Of a stretch of DNA of 41,223 nt, positions 1 to 7,734 are shown one piece after another. Below the pieces are notes generated by a model. It was not told where the DNA came from, searched no databases, and saw nothing but the letters and a program-made list of their open reading frames with translations. Location of the stretch: the NCBI GenBank assembly GCA_944388725.1, contig CALXJW010000001.1, forward strand, positions 1 through 41,223, in the 5' to 3' direction. Source of the stretch: an uncultured Clostridia bacterium. GTDB taxonomy: Bacteria; Bacillota; Clostridia; TANB77; CAG-508. The translations under genes were made by a program, and so were the position numbers. Position 1 is the stretch's first letter; every line of letters starts with the position of its first letter.

Positions 1-378
1 TCACAAACACAAAAATGTGTACCACAAACATATAAAGAAGATTTATTTTCTTCAACATTAAATATGACAGTAAAAGCAGGAGATGCTACAGGAATGAGTG
101 CTGTTGTTACAACAAAAACGGCAGAAGGAATAGAAATAGAAAGTGAATGTATAGGAAAAGTTTACTCAAAAGAAGATTATGATAAAAATGAGTGGACAAT
201 TTATGGAGAACCAGAAACAACAATAGTTGTTGCAAGACCAGCAACAGTAGAATTAACATGTGCATCTGTTGTAAATAGAATACCAGATGTTATTAATTCA
301 AAACCTGGATATGTTCCAACTTGTGAATTTGGTGAATTAAATTATAAAATAAAACCATTAAATGAATATGTAAAATAA
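1..378 (+). CDS. 3' fragment of a gene whose start lies upstream of the window; possibly the C-terminus of a DapB-like / amine-dehydrogenase-family NAD(P) oxidoreductase
   Basis: Frame 1 is open from base 1 (SQTQKCVPQTYKEDLFSSTLN precedes the track's Met at 64) to the TAA at 376-378. The tail ...ASVVNRIPDVINSKPGYV... resembles the C-terminal region of dihydrodipicolinate-reductase-like enzymes, but only weakly and from memory. Confidence 0.4.
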   Translation, partial: SQTQKCVPQTYKEDLFSSTLNMTVKAGDATGMSAVVTTKTAEGIEIESECIGKVYSKEDYDKNEWTIYGEPETTIVVARPATVELTCASVVNRIPDVINSKPGYVPTCEFGELNYKIKPLNEYVK

Positions 379-387
379 AAAGTGAAC

Positions 388-470
388 CAAAGGGACAGTC
401 ATTAAAGTTCATTTTGAACAAAAAAGAATGTCCCTAATGTTCATTTTGAACAAAAGGGACATTCCTTTTT
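388..470. repeat. Mosaic intergenic hairpin element acting as a bidirectional terminator between convergent genes. It is built from GGGACA(G/T)TC and GTTCATTTTGAAC modules.
   Basis: Modules are GGGACAGTC 392-400, GTTCATTTTGAAC 407-419, GAATGTCCC 426-434, GTTCATTTTGAAC 439-451 and GGGACATTCC 456-465, followed by TTTTT 466-470. GAATGTCCC and GGGACATTC are perfect reverse complements. A related element occurs at 6793-6861. Confidence 0.7.
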
Positions 471-485
471 ATAATTTAAAATCTT

Positions 486-1565
486 TTATTTCATTTGAAT
501 CTTTTTAATAATATCTTTTTTAGTATCAAAAAATTCACTAACAGATTCTTTTTTATCTAATTTATCAACAATCTTCGCAACCATTTCAGATAAATCAACG
601 ACATTAAACCATTCTAGAGAAGAAAATTCGTTAGGTATATAAGATAAATTTGTAGTATATAAATCGTCAAACCAATTATCCTCATAGGCTTTTTTGAATT
701 TTTCTATTCCCTCTGTAAATAATGCAAAAGTACAAGTTATATTAATTTTTTTAGCACCTCTATTACGCAATTCTTGAGCAACTTCTAAAACAGATCCACC
801 TGAAGCAATCATATCATCAACTATTAAAATATTTTTATCCTTCACATCAGTTCCCATATAAACATGAGATACAACAGGATTTTTCCCATTAACAACTTTA
901 CTTAAATCACGTCTTTTATAAAACACACCAACATCACAACCCATTAGTTCTGCATAATATCTAGCTCTTTCCATAGCTCCCATGTCAGGACTTACAACTA
1001 AAATGTTTTCAAAAACATTAGCATTATCTGTTATCATTTGTTCTAAAATAACATTTGTTGGATAAAAGTTATCAAAAGATAAATTGGGAATTGCATTACA
1101 TACATTCGGATCATGAGCATCAAAAGTAATAATACTATTAACACCTAATCTTTCTAATTCTTGAAGAGCAATTGCACAATCTAAAGATTCTCTAGATTTT
1201 CTTCTGTGTTGCCTTGATTCATATAATAATGGGGTTACAATAGAAATTTTTGCAGTATGACCACAAGTTGCAGAAATTGCTCTTTTAATATCCTGAAAAT
1301 GTTCATCAGGAGATAAAATGTGTTTTTGGCCATGATAATTATATCCTAATTCATAATTACCAACATCTGAAAGTATAAATAAATTTTTTTCACGTACAGA
1401 ATCTTCAATAGTGATTTTTCCTTCGCCATTAGAAAATCTATTAGCATTAAAGTGTATTAAATAATTTGTTTCTGTTCCTCGAATTTTAGATAAATGATCT
1501 TGTACTTTTTGACCAAAATCTTTAAAATTATCTAGAACTAAAATACCTAAATTGTTTTTAGACAT
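486..1565 (-). CDS. prs: Ribose-phosphate pyrophosphokinase (PRPP synthetase)
   Basis: The 359-aa product carries the PRPP-binding loop ILIVDDMIASGGS, plus FDAHD and VSPDMGAMERARYYA. An SD (GGAGG) lies upstream of the ATG at 1565. Confidence 0.9.
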   Translation of the reverse strand: MSKNNLGILVLDNFKDFGQKVQDHLSKIRGTETNYLIHFNANRFSNGEGKITIEDSVREKNLFILSDVGNYELGYNYHGQKHILSPDEHFQDIKRAISATCGHTAKISIVTPLLYESRQHRRKSRESLDCAIALQELERLGVNSIITFDAHDPNVCNAIPNLSFDNFYPTNVILEQMITDNANVFENILVVSPDMGAMERARYYAELMGCDVGVFYKRRDLSKVVNGKNPVVSHVYMGTDVKDKNILIVDDMIASGGSVLEVAQELRNRGAKKINITCTFALFTEGIEKFKKAYEDNWFDDLYTTNLSYIPNEFSSLEWFNVVDLSEMVAKIVDKLDKKESVSEFFDTKKDIIKKIQMK

Positions 1566-1598
1566 TTTTTGACCTCCATTTATAATTTATTTCCAATA

Positions 1599-1627
1599 AT
1601 TATATTTGAAATAAAAAACAAAGTCAA
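1599..1627 (-). promoter_or_regulatory. Sigma-A-type promoter for prs
   Basis: On the minus strand the sequence reads TTGACT (1622-1627), a 17-nt spacer, then TATAAT (1599-1604), about 35 nt upstream of the prs ATG. Confidence 0.55.
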
Positions 1628-1647
1628 TAAATGTCGAAAAAATATTA

Positions 1648-2142
1648 TTATATTCCTATATTTTCAATATGAATAAAACGAATTTTAGAAAAATTGTATT
1701 CTCCAATTTTTTTTCCTAAAACATCATATGTATGTGTAGCTATATAGATTTTATTTAAATCATTTTCATCATCAATATTTATTATAAATAAACTATGACC
1801 AAAAGTAATTCCATCAAAAGAGAGTTGAGCAATGTCTCCGATTTTAATTTCAGATTGAGATACATCTTTACCACGAGGTCCAAATCCTTTATTTGTTGTT
1901 AAAAATTTATATAAAAAATTTACTCCTGTCCATGATGGAGATTTATCATAACCATTTTTATAATACCAACCATTTTCATAATTATAGTTCATTTTATTAC
2001 ATCCTGCATATATACATTGAGAAATAAAATTAGTGCAATCTCCACCAATTGGGTCGAAATTATAATATCTTGGATTTCTTCCTAAAGCCCATTTTTTAGC
2101 ATAAGAAATAGCTTCATTCCTATTATAAAGTTTTGTATTCAT
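1648..2142 (-). CDS. Putative amidase-domain protein (Amidase_6-like, papain-fold)
   Basis: NRNEAISYAKKWALGRNPRYYNF..GGDCTNFISQCIYAG matches my recollection of the 'putative amidase domain' family. I chose the start at MNTKLY (2142) because GGTGA sits 5 nt upstream. The track start at 2154 has no SD. Confidence 0.6.
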   Translation of the reverse strand: MNTKLYNRNEAISYAKKWALGRNPRYYNFDPIGGDCTNFISQCIYAGCNKMNYNYENGWYYKNGYDKSPSWTGVNFLYKFLTTNKGFGPRGKDVSQSEIKIGDIAQLSFDGITFGHSLFIINIDDENDLNKIYIATHTYDVLGKKIGEYNFSKIRFIHIENIGI

Positions 2143-2201
2143 AAATATCACCAATATATTTTATGATAAATTTAAGTTTATGTGAAAATTTAAGTTCTAA
2201 C

Positions 2202-2230
2202 TTGAAAAACAAACAAAAAAGATATATAAT
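2202..2230 (+). promoter_or_regulatory. Sigma-A-type promoter for the patatin/NUDIX genes
   Basis: TTGAAA (2202-2207), a 17-nt spacer, then TATAAT (2225-2230), 46 nt upstream of the ATG at 2276. Confidence 0.55.
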
Positions 2231-2275
2231 GAAGGCAAAATATTTTTATATAAAAATTACATAAGGAGGAAGCTT

Positions 2276-3427
2276 ATGAAAGAAAAAGAATATGGATTAG
2301 TACTAGCAGGAGGAGGAACAAGAGGAGCATATCAAGTAGGAGTATGGAAAGCCTTACAGGAATTAAATATAAAAATAACAGCGATAACGGGAGCATCAAT
2401 AGGAGCATTAAATGGAGCATTATTTCTACAAAATGATTTTAATTCTGTTGTAAAATTATATGAAAATATAAAAATAAAAAATATAATGAATGTAAAAAAT
2501 ATAAATGAACAAAAAAATATATTTGATTTATCTAATATATTTAATTTAGCGTCAAACTATACAAAACAAAAAGGAATAGATAATAAACCACTAAGAGAAC
2601 TAATAAATCAATATATAGATATAGATAAAATATATAATTCAGAAACAGATTTTGGATTAGTAACATATTCAGTAAAAAATAAAACACCATTACAAAAATT
2701 TAAAAATGAAATACCAAAAGAAAAAATGGTAGATTATTTGTTGGCAAGCTCTAGTTTTCCAATATTTAAACCACAAGTAATAGATGGAGAAGAATATTAT
2801 GATGGAGGGCTATATGATAATATACCATCAAATATGTTAATAGAAAAAGGATATAAAAATGTAATAATAGCAGATATTGCTGGAATGGGACATAGTAGAA
2901 AAAGCATAAATAAAGATACATATATTAAAGTGATAGTACCTTCTGAAGATTTAGGTGGAATATTTGAATTTAATCATGAAAGAATAATAAATAATATTAA
3001 ATTAGGATATTTAGACACAATGAGAAGCTTTAACAAAATGCAGGGACATATTTATTACTTTAAATCAGAAGAATTTGCTAAAATGTTAGAAGTATTTAAT
3101 TTACAAACAATATATGGTTTAGAATATGCAGCACAAATGTATGGGATGTATAAATATAGAGATTATCAATTTGAAGAATTTATAAATGAATTATATTTAA
3201 GACATAAAAAAGCCCAAAAAACTTATAAAAAAATGAAAAAAGAAAATCTTATTCAAATAGGGAAAAGATTAAATAAATTGTTTGATAAAGGTTTAGGAAT
3301 ATGTCTAGTAGAAGATTTATATCTAGGAAGACCAACATCCAAATTATCAAACTATATGTTCAATTTTGTAAAAGATTATATTGTTGCAGCAAAGGCATTA
3401 ATTGAATTGAATAATTATATAAATTAG
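2276..3427 (+). CDS. Patatin-like phospholipase (YlbK-like)
   Basis: Oxyanion loop LAGGGTRGAYQVG, nucleophile motif GASIGALNG (GxSxG) and catalytic Asp motif YDGGLYDN are present. A strong SD (AAGGAGGAAG) precedes the start. Confidence 0.85.
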   Translation: MKEKEYGLVLAGGGTRGAYQVGVWKALQELNIKITAITGASIGALNGALFLQNDFNSVVKLYENIKIKNIMNVKNINEQKNIFDLSNIFNLASNYTKQKGIDNKPLRELINQYIDIDKIYNSETDFGLVTYSVKNKTPLQKFKNEIPKEKMVDYLLASSSFPIFKPQVIDGEEYYDGGLYDNIPSNMLIEKGYKNVIIADIAGMGHSRKSINKDTYIKVIVPSEDLGGIFEFNHERIINNIKLGYLDTMRSFNKMQGHIYYFKSEEFAKMLEVFNLQTIYGLEYAAQMYGMYKYRDYQFEEFINELYLRHKKAQKTYKKMKKENLIQIGKRLNKLFDKGLGICLVEDLYLGRPTSKLSNYMFNFVKDYIVAAKALIELNNYIN

Positions 3428-3436
3428 GAGTAAAGT

Positions 3437-3853
3437 ATGGAAAATTTGTTAGAAGTAGTAGGAACAATGTTTTTTAAAGATAGTAAATTATTAATAGATA
3501 AGCCTCGTTCAAAGTCGACTTTTCAAATGATTGGTGGAAAAGTAGAAAAAGGAGAAACTGTACGAGAAGCAGCAATAAGAGAGTGCCACGAGGAATTAGG
3601 AGAAAGCGCAATATTTGATGAAAATTTATTTGAATTTGTAATGGATTTTATAGAAATTGCAACAAGTGATCCATCAAAGAAAATACATATGAATATATTT
3701 AGATATAATGGAGAATTACAAGGAGAATTAACAACATCAGAAGAAATAGAAAAATTCATGTGGTTTGGAATTAATGATGATAGAAATTTATTATCAAATA
3801 CATTAAAAAATGAAGTTGTTCCATATTGTATAAAAAATGGACTTATTAAATAA
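3437..3853 (+). CDS. NUDIX hydrolase (MutT-like)
   Basis: Nudix box GGKVEKGETVREAAIRECHEELGE (Gx5Ex7REUxEExGU). It starts 10 nt after the patatin stop and has an SD. Confidence 0.85.
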   Translation: MENLLEVVGTMFFKDSKLLIDKPRSKSTFQMIGGKVEKGETVREAAIRECHEELGESAIFDENLFEFVMDFIEIATSDPSKKIHMNIFRYNGELQGELTTSEEIEKFMWFGINDDRNLLSNTLKNEVVPYCIKNGLIK

Positions 3854-3897
3854 AGTTAAATTGAGGAGAATAATTAAGTTTATAAAAGGAAGAAAAT

Positions 3898-4773
3898 ATG
3901 CAAGGAAAAATAATAGGAAATATATCAAATACATATAAAATTAAAACACAAAATAAAGAATATGAATCATTTGCAAGAGGCAAATTCAAAAAAGAGGAAA
4001 TAACACCATTAGTTGGAGATAATGTAGAAATAACAATAACAGATGAAGAAAAAAATATGGCAGTAATAGAAAAAATATTACCAAGAAAAAATGAATTAAA
4101 AAGACCTAAAATTTCTAATATAGATCAAATAGTATTTATTATTTCAACAAAGCATCCTAAGCCAGATTTATTAATGTTAGATAAACAACTAGCATATGTA
4201 GAAAATTTGAAAATTGAACCTATAATAGTAATAAATAAAATGGATTTAGAAGAAACCTATAAAGAAATAAAAGAGCTATATTCAAAAATAGGATATAAAG
4301 TAATAATAACAAGTGCAAAACAAAAAATGGGAATAGAAGATTTGAAAAAAGAATTACAAAATAAAATAAGTGTATTTTCAGGAAACTCTGGTGTAGGAAA
4401 ATCAAGTATAATAAATGTTTTATTTGGCATAGAAAAAACACAAGAAGGAGAAGTAAGCAAAAAAAATAAAAAAGGTAAAAATACTACAACAGATACAAAA
4501 CTATATCAATTATCAGAAAATACATATATAGCAGATACACCAGGATTTGCAAGTTTTGAAATAACAGAAATAGAAAGGGCACAACTAGACAAATGTTTTA
4601 GAGAATTTAAAAATGAAATTCAAAATTGTGAGTTTGTTGGATGTACACATATTAAAGAACAAAATTGCGGTATAAAAAAAGCTATGGAAGAAGGAAAAAT
4701 ATCGAAGCAAAGATATGAAAGATATTGTAAAATATATGAAGAATTAAAAGAAAAGGAGGCACATAAATGGTAG
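3898..4773 (+). CDS. rsgA: Ribosome small-subunit-dependent GTPase A
   Basis: The GTPase motif order is circularly permuted: VINKMDL (G4) precedes the P-loop GNSGVGKSS, followed by DTPGF. The C-terminal zinc cluster is CEFVGCTHIKEQNC. Confidence 0.9.
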   Translation: MQGKIIGNISNTYKIKTQNKEYESFARGKFKKEEITPLVGDNVEITITDEEKNMAVIEKILPRKNELKRPKISNIDQIVFIISTKHPKPDLLMLDKQLAYVENLKIEPIIVINKMDLEETYKEIKELYSKIGYKVIITSAKQKMGIEDLKKELQNKISVFSGNSGVGKSSIINVLFGIEKTQEGEVSKKNKKGKNTTTDTKLYQLSENTYIADTPGFASFEITEIERAQLDKCFREFKNEIQNCEFVGCTHIKEQNCGIKKAMEEGKISKQRYERYCKIYEELKEKEAHKW

Positions 4774-5426
4774 AAGTATCAACATCAATATTAACAGTCG
4801 AACAAGGAAAAGAAGCAGAAACATTTTTAACATTGGAAAAATCTAAAACAGATTATTTTCATATAGATGTAATGGATGGGAAATTTGTAGAAAAAGATAC
4901 ATATCAAAAAATGTTGGAATATAGTAGTTATATAAAAAGAATATCAAATTTACCAATGGATGTTCATTTAATGGTAGAAGATATACAAAGAGCAGTAGAA
5001 GATTTTTCAGTAGTTGAACCTAATATTATTACATTTCATTTAGAAGCATGTGAGAATAAAGAAGAAGTGCAAAAAAATATAAAATTAATAAAAGAACATG
5101 GTTCAAGAGTGGGCATAGCAATAAAGCCTGAAACACCAATAGAGGAAGTTTATGAATATTTACCATATATTCATATGTGTTTAATAATGACAGTTGAACC
5201 TGGAAAAGGTGGTCAAACGTTAATAAAAGATATGTTAGAAAAAATAGAAACATTAAAAAGACATATAGAAAAAAATAATATAGATATTGATATAGAAGTA
5301 GATGGAGGCATAAATTTAAAAACAGCAGAAAGAGTGAAAAATGCAGGAGCAAATATTTTAGTCGCAGGAACAGCAATACTTGTAGCATCTGATTACAAAG
5401 TTATAATAGATGAATTAAAAAGATAA
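4767..5426 (+). CDS. rpe: Ribulose-phosphate 3-epimerase
   Basis: Motifs HIDVMDGKFV, DVHLMV, MTVEPGKGGQ and VDGGIN are present. It overlaps the rsgA stop by 7 nt, matching the conserved rsgA-rpe pairing, and has an AGGAGG SD. Confidence 0.9.
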   Translation: MVEVSTSILTVEQGKEAETFLTLEKSKTDYFHIDVMDGKFVEKDTYQKMLEYSSYIKRISNLPMDVHLMVEDIQRAVEDFSVVEPNIITFHLEACENKEEVQKNIKLIKEHGSRVGIAIKPETPIEEVYEYLPYIHMCLIMTVEPGKGGQTLIKDMLEKIETLKRHIEKNNIDIDIEVDGGINLKTAERVKNAGANILVAGTAILVASDYKVIIDELKR

Positions 5427-5476
5427 GTAATAAATATATAAGTTAATAAAATTAAAATTTTTGAAGGAGGAAAATT

Positions 5477-6784
5477 ATGTTGAATTTAAAACTTAATTTA
5501 AAATACTCAGGAATAGATCAAAAGGCAATAATGAAATATAAAGAAAAGGTAGAAGAAATACATCAAGAATTAAAAAAGAGAAGTAATGACGAAAAGGACT
5601 TTGTTGGCTGGTTAGAATTACCTACAAATTATGACAAAGAAGAATTTAAAAGAATAAAAGAAGCGGCAAAAAGAATACAAGAAGATTCAGAAGTTTTAAT
5701 TGTAATTGGAATAGGTGGTTCATATTTAGGCGCAAGAGCTGTAATAGAAAGTTTAACAAGTACATTTTGCAATATGTTACCAGAAGAAAAAAGAAAAGCA
5801 CCACAAATACTATATGTTGGAAATAATTTAAGCCCAAATTATATTAATGATTTAATAGAAGTATTAGGAACAAAAGACTTTTCTGTAAATGTAATATCAA
5901 AATCTGGAACTACAACAGAACCAGCAATAGCATTTAGAATATTTAGAGAAATGTTAGAAAATAGATATGGTATAGAAGAAGCAAGAAGCAGAATATATGT
6001 AACAACAGATAAAGAAAGAGGAGCACTAAAAACATTAGCAAATAAAGAAGGATATGAAACATTTGTAATACCAGATAATGTTGGGGGAAGATATTCTGTA
6101 TTAACAGCAGTAGGATTATTACCAATAGCAGTTGCTGGGATTAATATAGATGAATTAATGGAAGGAGCAAGAGAAGCTCAAATAAAATATGAAGATGCAG
6201 ATTTAAAATATAATGCATGTTACCAATATGCAATAGTAAGAAATATTTTATATAAATTATATAAAAATACAGAAATATTAGTTAATTATGAACCTAAAAT
6301 GCATTATTTTACAGAATGGTGGAAGCAATTATTCGGTGAAAGTGAAGGAAAAAATCAATTAGGAATTTTTCCAGCAGGAGTAGACTTTACAACAGATTTA
6401 CATTCAATGGGACAATATATACAAGAAGGAAGAAGAAATTTATTTGAGACAGTTATAAGAATTGAAAAAACAGAATCAGATTTAAAAATAAAAGAAGAAG
6501 AAGATGACTTAGATGGTTTAAATTATTTGTCAGGAAAAAACTTAGACTATGTAAATAAAAAAGCAATGGAAGGAACTATTGAAGCACATGTATCTGGGGA
6601 TGTGCCAAATATAATAATTCAAATTCCTAATTTATCAGAAGAAACTATGGGACACTTAATATACTTTTTTGAAAAAGCATGTGCAATGTCAGGAATGATA
6701 TTAGGAGTAAATCCATTTAATCAACCAGGTGTTGAAAAATATAAGAAGAATATGTTCCATTTATTAGAGAAACCAGGATATTGA
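5477..6784 (+). CDS. pgi: Glucose-6-phosphate isomerase (short Firmicute type)
   Basis: Motifs [32 protein letters not shown] and GESEGK are present in a 435-aa product. Confidence 0.9.
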   Translation: MLNLKLNLKYSGIDQKAIMKYKEKVEEIHQELKKRSNDEKDFVGWLELPTNYDKEEFKRIKEAAKRIQEDSEVLIVIGIGGSYLGARAVIESLTSTFCNMLPEEKRKAPQILYVGNNLSPNYINDLIEVLGTKDFSVNVISKSGTTTEPAIAFRIFREMLENRYGIEEARSRIYVTTDKERGALKTLANKEGYETFVIPDNVGGRYSVLTAVGLLPIAVAGINIDELMEGAREAQIKYEDADLKYNACYQYAIVRNILYKLYKNTEILVNYEPKMHYFTEWWKQLFGESEGKNQLGIFPAGVDFTTDLHSMGQYIQEGRRNLFETVIRIEKTESDLKIKEEEDDLDGLNYLSGKNLDYVNKKAMEGTIEAHVSGDVPNIIIQIPNLSEETMGHLIYFFEKACAMSGMILGVNPFNQPGVEKYKKNMFHLLEKPGY

Positions 6785-6792
6785 AATTGCAC

Positions 6793-6861
6793 AAAGGGGA
6801 CAGTCCTTAAAGTTCAAAATGAACAAAAGGGACAGTCCTTAATTTTCTAGAACACTGTCCC
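6793..6861. repeat. Second copy of the GGGACAGTC / GTTCAWWWTGAAC mosaic intergenic element, downstream of pgi
   Basis: Modules are GGGGACAGTCC 6796-6806, GTTCAAAATGAAC 6812-6824, GGGACAGTCC 6829-6838 and ACTGTCCC 6854-6861. The first 33 nt align almost base for base with 388-419, except that the palindrome loop is inverted (AAA versus TTT). Confidence 0.7.
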
Positions 6862-6916
6862 ACTATTAAGAAAATTATCAAAAAACATCATCATGGTAAA
6901 AAGAAAGGAAATTACA

Positions 6917-7642
6917 ATGATAGTAGAACAAGATTATAGAATTAAATTATCAGAAATAGGAAAAGAAAATAAAATTACTAATAAAGCTATATTAGGAGAT
7001 TTAGAAGATATAGGAGGAATACATTCCAATATAGCAGGTTATGGAATATTAGATATACCACAGACAAAATTATCTTGGGTATTATTAGATTGGAAATTAA
7101 AAATAATTATAAGACCTAAATATTCAGAAAAGATTAAAATAAAAACTTGGTCAAAAAATGCCATAAAGTTTTATACATATCGTGATTTTGAAGTATATGA
7201 TGAAAATGGACAAGTAATAGCTATTGCAACATCTAAATGGGTATTATTAGATATTGATAAAGAAAAAATTGTAAAAATAAGTGATGAAGTATTGAATAAA
7301 TATGAGCCGGAATTAGAAAAATCAGTATTTGATATATCAGAAATAGAAAAATTACAAGAACCAGAAAACTATATTTCAGAAGTAGAATATACTGTGAAAA
7401 AATCAGATATTGATGTAAATAACCATATGCATAATTTGAATTATTTAGAGCTTGCAAATGAAGCTTTACCAGAAGATGTTTATAATGAGCAAGAATTAAA
7501 TAATGTAAGAATTAATTATAAAAAAGAGATAAAACTAGGAGAAACAGTAAAATGCAAATATAGTTTTGAAAATAATACACATATAATTGTAATAAAAAGT
7601 AAAGATGAAAAAGTAATTCATGCAATAATAAAATTAAATTAA
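6917..7642 (+). CDS. Acyl-[acyl-carrier-protein] thioesterase (FatA/B-like double hot-dog)
   Basis: The length and the DVNNHMHNLNYLE motif are typical of acyl-ACP thioesterases. I preferred the start at MIVEQ (6917), which has AAAGG 8 nt upstream. The ATG at 6893 lacks an SD. Confidence 0.8.
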   Translation: MIVEQDYRIKLSEIGKENKITNKAILGDLEDIGGIHSNIAGYGILDIPQTKLSWVLLDWKLKIIIRPKYSEKIKIKTWSKNAIKFYTYRDFEVYDENGQVIAIATSKWVLLDIDKEKIVKISDEVLNKYEPELEKSVFDISEIEKLQEPENYISEVEYTVKKSDIDVNNHMHNLNYLELANEALPEDVYNEQELNNVRINYKKEIKLGETVKCKYSFENNTHIIVIKSKDEKVIHAIIKLN

Positions 7643-7655
7643 TAAATAAAAATAC

Positions 7656-7684
7656 TTGCTAAAGAAATATAGAAATGATAAAAT
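7656..7684 (+). promoter_or_regulatory. Candidate sigma-A promoter for mutL
   Basis: TTGCTA (7656-7661), a 17-nt spacer, then TAAAAT (7679-7684). Confidence 0.45.
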
Positions 7685-7734
7685 ACAAAAAACAAAAGTA
7701 TAAACCAAATAAGAAATGAACAATGGAGGAAAAA

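Noticed and set aside
2276-3853. Patatin-like phospholipase plus NUDIX as a possible CBASS-like or abortive-infection effector pair
   Set aside because: No cyclase, sensor, TIR/SAVED or other signalling component is adjacent. The patatin protein resembles the housekeeping YlbK-type enzyme, and the surrounding genes (rsgA, rpe) are core.
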